Source: a bacterium (GTDB lineage: Bacteria > Electryoneota > JAOADG01). From it: a DNA stretch of 64,000 bases. Below, one piece after another: positions 48,516 to 55,733 of the stretch. The stretch lies in assembly GCA_026417415.1 (NCBI GenBank), contig JAOADG010000001.1, forward strand, positions 6,671 through 70,670. The letters run 5' to 3'. Both the position numbers and the translations under genes were made by a program. Within the stretch, counting starts at the first letter, position 1, and every line of letters begins with the position of its first letter. The notes beneath the pieces were generated by a model. That model made no database searches and had not been told where the DNA came from. It was given only the letters and a program-made list of their open reading frames with translations.

Positions 48516-49917
48516 AGCAATGTTCAACAAAGATACATGTTTTCATCTGATTGGAATTGCTGGCACTGCAATGGCAGGTGTAGCGTTGTTGTTAAAAGAG
48601 TTGGGTTATCAAGTACAAGGATCAGATAGTGATATATATCCACCTATGTCAACACTATTGGAAGAAAATGAAATTCCATGTATGATGCCCTTTTCGATTC
48701 ATAATTTACCTAAGAACGATAAAGTAGTTGTAATCGTTGGGAATGCAATTTCACGCGGAAATGTTGAATTAGAGACAGCATTGAATTTACGTTTACCGAT
48801 TTTTTCTATGCCAGAAATCATAAGGTTTTTGATTTTAATGCGACGTGAACCTATTGTAGTTACTGGTACACATGGAAAAACAACTACAACATCGTTAATG
48901 ACCTATACCATGAAACATTGTCATCGGAATGTTGGATATTTAATTGGAGGAATTCCTAAAGATTTTCAAAAGAACGCTTACTTAGGCCTCGATCCAATTT
49001 TTGTTATTGAAGGTGACGAATATGATACAGCTTATTTTGATAAACGTTCCAAATTTTTACATTACGTACCTAAAATTGTAATTCTATTGAACATAGAATT
49101 TGATCATTCTGATATCTTTCAAAACATAGATGAAATTGAACGAAGTTTCTATAGATTAATTTTAACGATTCCAGAAAATGGTTTATTGATCTATTTTGAA
49201 GAAGACGAGCGTGTGAGTAAAGTTGCTCAATTTGCAAGATGCAAGAAGATTTCATTTGGTTTAGAAAATGGTGATGTCCATTTGTTCAAAGATAATTCTA
49301 CTGAAAGCAAAATAGTATTTCCTGATGGTAGAATGTATTCTTATCAATTATCTTTAACTGGAAAACACAATTTATGCAATATGTTAGCTGTGGCTACAAC
49401 TGCGTTCGGGATTGGTCTTGATATGGATTTAGTGATACAATCATTTCAAACATTCCGTGGTGTTATCAGAAGAATGGATGTAATATATCAAAACGATATG
49501 ATTGTGATTGATGATTTTGGACATCATCCGACGGCTATAATGAAAACTTTAGAAGGAATAAAACAAAAATATCCAAATCGGAGAATACTTGTAGCATTTG
49601 ATCCAAGAAGCAACACTTCTGTTAGAAAATTTTTTCAAAAAGAATGGGTAAAAACTTTTGCTCTTGCTGATCGAGTTTGGATTAATCAACTTCATCGGTT
49701 GGAAAAAATACCCATTCAGGAGCGACTTGATAGGGAACAATTGGTTCATGATTTAAAATGCATTAATGTAGAGGCCACTGCGGTAGAGAATAGTGATCAA
49801 ATGCTGAATGAAATGTTAGAAACTGTTTGTAAAGACGACATCGTCGTATTTTTCAGTAATGGTAGTTTTCAAGGAATTAAAGAAAAATTCGTTCAATATT
49901 TAAAATCCAAAAATTAG
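48508..49917 (+). CDS. mpl: UDP-N-acetylmuramate:L-alanyl-gamma-D-glutamyl-meso-diaminopimelate ligase (murein peptide ligase)
   Basis: 469 aa. HLIGIAGTAMAGVALLLKELGYQVQGSDSDIYPPMSTLLEE closely parallels the Mpl N-terminus. VTGTHGKTTTTS P-loop of Mur ligases. Confidence 0.85.
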   Translation: MSKAMFNKDTCFHLIGIAGTAMAGVALLLKELGYQVQGSDSDIYPPMSTLLEENEIPCMMPFSIHNLPKNDKVVVIVGNAISRGNVELETALNLRLPIFSMPEIIRFLILMRREPIVVTGTHGKTTTTSLMTYTMKHCHRNVGYLIGGIPKDFQKNAYLGLDPIFVIEGDEYDTAYFDKRSKFLHYVPKIVILLNIEFDHSDIFQNIDEIERSFYRLILTIPENGLLIYFEEDERVSKVAQFARCKKISFGLENGDVHLFKDNSTESKIVFPDGRMYSYQLSLTGKHNLCNMLAVATTAFGIGLDMDLVIQSFQTFRGVIRRMDVIYQNDMIVIDDFGHHPTAIMKTLEGIKQKYPNRRILVAFDPRSNTSVRKFFQKEWVKTFALADRVWINQLHRLEKIPIQERLDREQLVHDLKCINVEATAVENSDQMLNEMLETVCKDDIVVFFSNGSFQGIKEKFVQYLKSKN

Positions 49918-50009
49918 GGAGCGGCTGCGTGCCTGGTGGTCGCCACGGCCTTCAAAGCCGCTTGTGAGGAGGAAACTTCTCAGCTGGGTTCGATTCCCAG
50001 ACGCTCCCG
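49917..50009 (+). tRNA. selC: Class II tRNA with anticodon UCA: putative selenocysteine tRNA
   Basis: Acceptor GGGAGCG (49917-23) pairs with CGCTCCC (50002-08); discriminator G50009; no encoded CCA. T arm CTGGG-TTCGATT-CCCAG (49984-50000), with one extra base A50001 opposite G49924 (8+5-like stack). Anticodon loop CTTCAAA (49950-56) gives UCA. Long variable arm TGAGGAG-GAAA-CTTCTCA (49965-82). The D arm and anticodon stem fold imperfectly by eye. Confidence 0.7.
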
Positions 50010-50022
50010 CAAAGTAAAATCA

Positions 50023-50358
50023 ATGTTTGAAAGCATAGACACAATTTTTATTCAAGTATCCAATTTTGAAAAAGCGAGATCTTTCTATGCTTATCAAGTA
50101 GGATTGCCAGAAATACATTTAGAAGACGAATTTATTGGGTTTTCAATTGGTGATACTACTCTTGTGATTGAAGAAGTTGAAACTACGAATATGCAAAAGT
50201 CAAAAATAAGTGTCATTGTAGAAGACATTCACTCAGTGTATCAAGAATTAATTGAAAGAGGTGTGTCAGTAAAAACAGATAGTCATTTCATTACTTCGCA
50301 AGATATTCTAACATTTTACGATCCAGATGGCAATCAATGGATTTTAGTACAAGAATAG
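50023..50358 (+). CDS. VOC (glyoxalase/bleomycin-resistance/dioxygenase) family protein
   Basis: Start moved to ATG 50023, because the ORF-track N-terminal extension is the tRNA gene. 111 aa. IDTIFIQVSNFEKARSFY ... FYDPDGNQWILVQ is the typical VOC beta-alpha-beta-beta-beta module. Confidence 0.65.
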   Translation: MFESIDTIFIQVSNFEKARSFYAYQVGLPEIHLEDEFIGFSIGDTTLVIEEVETTNMQKSKISVIVEDIHSVYQELIERGVSVKTDSHFITSQDILTFYDPDGNQWILVQE

Positions 50359-50368
50359 GGGGGTATTA

Positions 50369-51118
50369 ATGGATATAACTAAACAAATTGCGTTTATCAC
50401 TGGTGGATCAAGAGGAATAGGGCGTGCTATCGCAATTCGTCTTGCACAAGCTGGTGCAGACATTGCGATGAATTACTTAAGGAATCGAGCCGCTGCTGAA
50501 GAAACCGCTAAAATTATTGAAGACACGGGTTCACGATGTTTGCTTTTGAAAGGGAATGTAGCTGAAGTTGAAAAAATCCCAGCAATGTATGAATGCATTC
50601 AAAAGGAATATGGAAAATTGGATATTCTTATCTCTAATGCTGCTTCAGGGGTTATCAAACCTGCATTAGAACTTACTCGAAGACATTGGTCGTGGACTTT
50701 AGATATTAATGCAGGTGCTTTTTTACCATTGGTTCAGCACGCAGTTCCTTTGATGAAAAATGGTGGAAAAATAATTGCTGTCAGTAGTTTAGGCGCTGTT
50801 CGTGCAATTCCGCAGTATGCAGCAGTTGGCTCTTCAAAAGCTGCATTAGAATCATTGGCAAGACATCTGGCAGTAGAACTTGCTCCTAAAAACATTAATG
50901 TAAACGTAATTTCTGCAGGTATCGTAGAGACGGATGCTTTGAGTCATTTTCCACACAAAGATGAGCTATTAGAAAGTTCCAGAATAAAAACACCTGCAGG
51001 GCGATTGGTGACACCAGACGACGTAGCAGATGTAGCATTATTTTTGTGTTCTCCAATGGCTAAAATGATCTATGGACAAACTATAGTCGTAGATGGTGGT
51101 TACAGTATCATGGCATAA
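50369..51118 (+). CDS. fabL: Enoyl-[acyl-carrier-protein] reductase, FabL-type (SDR family)
   Basis: 249 aa. ITGGSRGIGRAIAIRLA, NAASGV, the SSLG...Y...VGSSKAALESL catalytic triad region and TPAGRLV...GQTIVVDGG are nearly colinear with Bacillus FabL as recalled. A generic SDR cannot be excluded. Confidence 0.65.
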   Translation: MDITKQIAFITGGSRGIGRAIAIRLAQAGADIAMNYLRNRAAAEETAKIIEDTGSRCLLLKGNVAEVEKIPAMYECIQKEYGKLDILISNAASGVIKPALELTRRHWSWTLDINAGAFLPLVQHAVPLMKNGGKIIAVSSLGAVRAIPQYAAVGSSKAALESLARHLAVELAPKNINVNVISAGIVETDALSHFPHKDELLESSRIKTPAGRLVTPDDVADVALFLCSPMAKMIYGQTIVVDGGYSIMA

Positions 51119-51130
51119 AATCAAAATTGA

Positions 51131-51718
51131 CTAAAACATTCCTCCTAACCATTCAAATAAAAGAAAATCAAATCTTGAAATCAACAGCGATAATCTACCC
51201 ATCACTGTAGTACCATATGCTGCACCAAAGCTTAGCATTAAAAAACCTATCCCGATTTTTGAAACTTTTGATAAATGTTTATGCTCTAAAGCAAAAAAGA
51301 AATAAGTTAAAGAAGTTAAAGTTCCCAGAATAATCAGCAAGTTGTTTATTGAAGTCGGTGATAGCATTGTACCCTGAATTTGTGCGATTAAAAAACCTTG
51401 TGTGTACTGAATCATATTTAATGCTGCACCAACGCCGATATAAATTGCGATAGGGTATCGTGCGATCCATTGATATTTTGGAATAAGACGTAGCAATAAA
51501 AGGAGGCCTAATACACCTGGTATTAGAGGTAGATAATCACCCAAAAGAACTTTATCAACTACATTCGGTTTTACAACACTGTGCCATTGTACAGCAATAT
51601 AATACCCTGTAGAAATTCCAATAAAGATATGTTCTGCAAGACGGTAAATCGGATTATCTCGATATAGAAAACTAAAAATCGCAAGTGTAAAAAATGCTGC
51701 AACCCAAGTACCGATCAT
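51131..51718 (-). CDS. Polytopic membrane protein (gene 4 of an unknown four-gene operon)
   Basis: 195 aa with about 6 predicted TM helices. Its start overlaps the upstream gene by 4 nt. No family recognised. Confidence 0.4.
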   Translation of the reverse strand: MIGTWVAAFFTLAIFSFLYRDNPIYRLAEHIFIGISTGYYIAVQWHSVVKPNVVDKVLLGDYLPLIPGVLGLLLLLRLIPKYQWIARYPIAIYIGVGAALNMIQYTQGFLIAQIQGTMLSPTSINNLLIILGTLTSLTYFFFALEHKHLSKVSKIGIGFLMLSFGAAYGTTVMGRLSLLISRFDFLLFEWLGGMF

Positions 51719-52575
51719 TTTTTAATTCGCATCGCTGAAATGTTTTTAAGAATTATATTTCGAACAACGGATACATTCCCTAAAAAAATGAAAAAGATAA
51801 TTACTAAATGAGCCACAGATTGTGCATCCATTCCACGAGTGGCTTTACCTTTGGTACCAACAAGTTTTTCATATTCTGCAGCACCTTTCAATCCACCTAA
51901 AAGTCCAACCAATTGTCCTGTTTGGACAAATGCTTCATATTGTGGAATACTTACTGCAGTAACACCTGCGGCTAACGGTACACCAAATTGTGCTAGACCT
52001 ATTGTTATGTAAAAATCTACTGTTGCTCCATGGGCTACATCCACCATAAATGATAAGTGACGATAACTTGGAAACCTTGAAAAAATTTCCATTTCTTGAG
52101 TCGAATTCCCACGAAAATCTTTAGGAAAGGATGTTGTCCATGAACTTCCTAAAGCCATTAATAAAACATCATTTCCAGGTTTAAAGCCGAGATTGACGTA
52201 ATGTTTGCCATATTCTCGTTGAAATTTTGCTGCCAATGGTTCTAATACACGTTCTGCGATTGGACCAGTTTCGGGAAAATTGGTGTAAACAATTAGTACT
52301 TTACCTGACTTCATTACATGATGACATAATGAAATAGCCATCGGTAAACATTCTGGAATAGAGGACGGATCAAAATCAAAAGCGATTAAAACGGCTGAAG
52401 TATCTGGGAGGTTTTCTATACGATCATAAACTGCTTTTACATGTTTTGTTACGGTAAGTGGTAAATTGAGAGGAAACAATAAAGGAAAAAGTATGGATAA
52501 TGATACAAATAAATACACCCAACGGCGATCAAGTTTTCCTAATGCTTCCCAAATTGGTTTTACTTTCCTAACCAA
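51715..52575 (-). CDS. Bitopic membrane protein with a central soluble alpha/beta-like domain (gene 3 of the unknown operon)
   Basis: 286 aa. N-terminal TM helix (WVYLFVSLSILFPLLFPL) and C-terminal TM helix (VAHLVIIFFIFLGNVSVV). The soluble core shows alternating strand/helix segments (AVLIAFDFD..., KVLIVYTN...). No family recognised. Confidence 0.4.
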   Translation of the reverse strand: MVRKVKPIWEALGKLDRRWVYLFVSLSILFPLLFPLNLPLTVTKHVKAVYDRIENLPDTSAVLIAFDFDPSSIPECLPMAISLCHHVMKSGKVLIVYTNFPETGPIAERVLEPLAAKFQREYGKHYVNLGFKPGNDVLLMALGSSWTTSFPKDFRGNSTQEMEIFSRFPSYRHLSFMVDVAHGATVDFYITIGLAQFGVPLAAGVTAVSIPQYEAFVQTGQLVGLLGGLKGAAEYEKLVGTKGKATRGMDAQSVAHLVIIFFIFLGNVSVVRNIILKNISAMRIKK

Positions 52576-53177
52576 GATCGCTCAATCCCTAAAAGTGTTT
52601 TAAGACCTGTTGCGATAAGACCTAATGCAGCACCAATCGTCAATGCACGCTGTGCTGCTAAAGAAGGAACGCTTAGGATCCATTGTGAAATTTCTGGAAA
52701 TTTAGACCACAAAATTTCACCAATAGGCACCTTTCCAATCATTACCAATACTGCTGCAACAAACAGCAATGTGGCGTGAAGATTGCGAACACGAAAGGCA
52801 CGATAACTTGCTGATGAAACATAAAATGCAAGTAATGCAAACATTGTTGATTGCATCGGATTTTGAACATTTTTAAACAACCATTGAAAAGCACCATTCG
52901 GTCCGTAATCTACAAAAATACCTAGTGTAACCATAAGTAATAAACAAACAACTAATACCAAGCTATAATACCATCCATCATATTTACGTTGAATGCGTTG
53001 AAGGTGTGATAAAAAAATGCTAATTCCTCCCATTAAATAACTAAAACTTAATAGAATGATTACCCAATCCATCATTCCATTTTGAAGTTTCGTAAAAAGA
53101 GGAATACGGAAAAAGAATTCAACCAAAATGATTAAACCAGCAATTCCACAAATGATAATCGCTGTAAAACGTAGCAT
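52560..53177 (-). CDS. Polytopic membrane protein (gene 2 of the unknown operon)
   Basis: Start moved to ATG 53177 (MLRFTAIIICG), one base after the upstream TAA; the ORF track starts at 53231. About 6 TM helices. No family recognised. Confidence 0.4.
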   Translation of the reverse strand: MLRFTAIIICGIAGLIILVEFFFRIPLFTKLQNGMMDWVIILLSFSYLMGGISIFLSHLQRIQRKYDGWYYSLVLVVCLLLMVTLGIFVDYGPNGAFQWLFKNVQNPMQSTMFALLAFYVSSASYRAFRVRNLHATLLFVAAVLVMIGKVPIGEILWSKFPEISQWILSVPSLAAQRALTIGAALGLIATGLKTLLGIERSWLGK

Positions 53178-53178
53178 G

Positions 53179-54123
53179 TTATTCCGTTTGAAACCAGTGG
53201 ATAAAATCAGTCCAACCAAACCACGCTGCAAGAGTTCCTAAAACGATAAGAAGTCCAAACAGCGCCTTTGACCAATCTTGACCTAATATAGTACCTAATA
53301 AAATGGGTTCTCTAGATAAATAAGCACTAGCAGCGAATAGTTCTTCACCGATTAGGGTATAATCACAAGATGCAAGAAAAAAAGGAAGTTGGTGTGAATT
53401 CGCAGTACCTGCTATTTGTATAGCACCAGTAGTATTGCCTGCTTCAGAAATTACTAATGATTCTGCATAAAATTCACCTATAAAAAAATGTGCAGCAGTT
53501 TTTACACGAACCATATGCCCGGTGATTGCTGCAGCAAAAGCAAATTGGTTATCTGTGATGTATTGAACTCGATCAGGGGAGAATAAATCGGGTCGTCCAG
53601 CTGTCAAATAACTTTGACGAAGAATTTCTTGTGAAGTACTCATCAATAAAGGAAAACGTGTCATGACATCTAAATCAACTTCGTATGTCGCACATTCATA
53701 TCCAACTTTAGAAAGAATAGCAATCCCTGCTAATGTTTGAATACGATCAACATCCATACTTCCGGGTACAAATAGAACTGGACGACCCATTTCTGCTGCA
53801 CGTCCCACTGCTTCATCAATTGCATCAAGGCCAGCAATTTTTCTTAGTGTTAAGGAGTGATTACGTTTTGCTAAAAACAAAAACGTTAAAACAAGCGCCG
53901 AAATGATTATCAAAAAGATGAAAACATTCAGTCGCTCTGTTTTAAAAAGTGGTTGTATTTCAGGTTTTGATAAATGTACTTTGGAAGGTAAACTTTGTTG
54001 GTTATTCACTGCTATTTTTAAGGAATCAATCTGTACCTTTGTAGAGATTGAATTTCCAAAGCTAATTTGGAATGTACAAAAAATTACTCCAATGATGAAT
54101 AGGGATAGAGATAATGATTTCAT
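53179..54123 (-). CDS. Signal-peptide-bearing membrane protein with a central soluble domain (gene 1 of the unknown operon)
   Basis: 314 aa. Signal peptide MKSLSLSLFIIGVIFCTFQISFG, a TM helix (VFIFLIIISALVLTFLFLA), a ~190-aa soluble region (GRPVLFVPGSMDVDRIQTLAGIAIL...) and a C-terminal TM helix. No family recognised with confidence. Confidence 0.4.
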   Translation of the reverse strand: MKSLSLSLFIIGVIFCTFQISFGNSISTKVQIDSLKIAVNNQQSLPSKVHLSKPEIQPLFKTERLNVFIFLIIISALVLTFLFLAKRNHSLTLRKIAGLDAIDEAVGRAAEMGRPVLFVPGSMDVDRIQTLAGIAILSKVGYECATYEVDLDVMTRFPLLMSTSQEILRQSYLTAGRPDLFSPDRVQYITDNQFAFAAAITGHMVRVKTAAHFFIGEFYAESLVISEAGNTTGAIQIAGTANSHQLPFFLASCDYTLIGEELFAASAYLSREPILLGTILGQDWSKALFGLLIVLGTLAAWFGWTDFIHWFQTE

Positions 54124-54163
54124 AAATTAATTCATAAAACTATAGATAGTATAAGTATTCTAA

Positions 54164-55357
54164 ATGGATTTATCAACTGAGAAAAAGAATAAGAGAATGA
54201 TACCATACTTGTGGATCTGTAACCAACAACAGCTGAATGAAGTGATACATTCCTATTTAATTAATGTGAATAGGATTGCAATTGACACGGAATTTATTGG
54301 TGAATCTTACTATTTACCAAAACTTTGTTTAATCCAAATTCATTCTGAATTTGCGGACACTGTTTTATTAATTGATGTACTTTCGCAAATGGATTTAGCG
54401 CCATTGTTTGAAAAAATAGTTGACCCTAAAATTCAAAAAATCATTCACTCACCAAAACATGATTTAGCAGTTTTAGAAAATTTTACTCATACAAAAATAG
54501 TAAATGTTTTTGATACTCAACTTGCTGCATCTTTTTTAGGGTATGGTGATCAAATATCGCTGAAAAGGTTACTCAAACTACTTCTTAACATTGAACTCTC
54601 AAAAGAACACCAATATTCAGATTGGAGAAAAAGACCTCTAACTGAAAATCAAATTCAGTACGCGATAACAGATGTTTATTATTTAATCCATATGTGTAAC
54701 CAATTGACCCAGCAATTGAAAGAAAAAGGTAGATTGGAATGGTTTTATGAAGAATCAAGCAATTTACAAATAATGCGGGATCAAAAGTATGATATCAGTG
54801 CAAAAATTATTGGAAGAAAATACTTAAAACCATATTTGCATTCGCTTTTAAAGAGTATTGCAGAAACTCGGGAGATATACTCATTAGAAAGAAACATACC
54901 ACGCAGTATTTATTTATCTGATTTAAATCTAATACGATTAACTCTTTTGTATGAGAAATCGTTGGAAGCATCTCTTCATTACTTGTACGTACTCGAAATT
55001 CCAACGGATTTGAAAATAATGATTGAAGAAAGTATAAAAAATTGGATTCCAAGCTTAGAACAAGCGACTGAGAAAAACTTTGTTACCAGAAATGAACGTG
55101 TACAAACTATTTCAGAAAAAATTTATCAATTTGCGAAAACTTTCGCAGAAACACATCAAATATCACTACCTTTGTTAGTTACTCGTTCTGAAATCAATCA
55201 CTATGTCAAATGGAAAGTGCAAGGTACATTTGATCAAGAAAATTCGTTACGAATGATGAAAGGATGGCGTTACCATTGGTTTGGAAAGAGGATTGAGAAT
55301 TTTATTGAGAATGAACTGAAAAAAGTAGAATTCAAGGAGAATCAGAATGGTGAATAA
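54164..55357 (+). CDS. rnd: Ribonuclease D (DEDD 3'-5' exonuclease plus HRDC-like C-terminus)
   Basis: 397 aa. IAIDTEFIGESYYLPKLCLIQI (ExoI), HSPKHDL (ExoII) and YAITDVYYL (ExoIII) motifs. Confidence 0.8.
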   Translation: MDLSTEKKNKRMIPYLWICNQQQLNEVIHSYLINVNRIAIDTEFIGESYYLPKLCLIQIHSEFADTVLLIDVLSQMDLAPLFEKIVDPKIQKIIHSPKHDLAVLENFTHTKIVNVFDTQLAASFLGYGDQISLKRLLKLLLNIELSKEHQYSDWRKRPLTENQIQYAITDVYYLIHMCNQLTQQLKEKGRLEWFYEESSNLQIMRDQKYDISAKIIGRKYLKPYLHSLLKSIAETREIYSLERNIPRSIYLSDLNLIRLTLLYEKSLEASLHYLYVLEIPTDLKIMIEESIKNWIPSLEQATEKNFVTRNERVQTISEKIYQFAKTFAETHQISLPLLVTRSEINHYVKWKVQGTFDQENSLRMMKGWRYHWFGKRIENFIENELKKVEFKENQNGE

Positions 55358-55733
55358 AAATTTTCTTTTTCTCTTTTTGGCATTCCTTATAGGAGTATCG
55401 TTTTATAGTTGTAAAACAAGTAAAAAAGAAACTCAATTGTTAAAAAAAGATTGCCAAGAAATCATACAACAAGCACAAGAATGGTATGGTGGATTAGACA
55501 CGCAAATAGCAATGCAGTATGGCTATTCAAAATTAACCTTTAGGGAACTCGGAAAATTACCGGAAACATTATCCAATAACGATTTGACGTGGACGAATCA
55601 AAACGGTTCATATACGATATCCGACAGAACCTCTGATTCGTTTACATTAACTGCTGTAGGAATGGAAGAAGAAAAAGTACAATATTTCGTAGTAAAAAAC
55701 GATCCTGTAAAAGAGCCCAAGATTTTTCGTTAA
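55347..55733 (+). CDS. Small lipoprotein, unknown function
   Basis: 128 aa. Signal plus lipobox FLIGVSFYSC. Overlaps rnd by 11 nt, and its stop overlaps the stop of the convergent kbl gene. Confidence 0.4.
   Translation: MVNKNFLFLFLAFLIGVSFYSCKTSKKETQLLKKDCQEIIQQAQEWYGGLDTQIAMQYGYSKLTFRELGKLPETLSNNDLTWTNQNGSYTISDRTSDSFTLTAVGMEEEKVQYFVVKNDPVKEPKIFR

Noticed and set aside
49917-50009. A UCA-anticodon tRNA might indicate UGA reassignment (genetic code 4 or 25) rather than selenocysteine.
   Set aside because: Many well-conserved genes in the window end at TGA at the expected C-terminus, often in ATGA/GTGA coupled junctions (7485, 16496, 25246, 26289, 27476, 41657, 42589, 47068). Protein lengths match homologs. 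UGA is therefore a stop codon here, and the long variable arm fits Sec, not Trp or Gly.
49936-50022. The ORF-track N-terminal extension of the VOC gene (MVATAFKAACEEETSQLGSIPRRSRKVKS...).
   Set aside because: This stretch is the GC-rich tRNA gene read as protein. The conserved VOC fold starts at MFESIDTIFIQV (ATG 50023).
49900-50400. The tRNA gene as an integration hotspot for a genomic island or prophage.
   Set aside because: There is no integrase, no direct repeat of the tRNA 3' end, and no mobile genes nearby. Flanks are housekeeping genes (mpl, VOC, fabL) packed within 0-13 nt of the tRNA.
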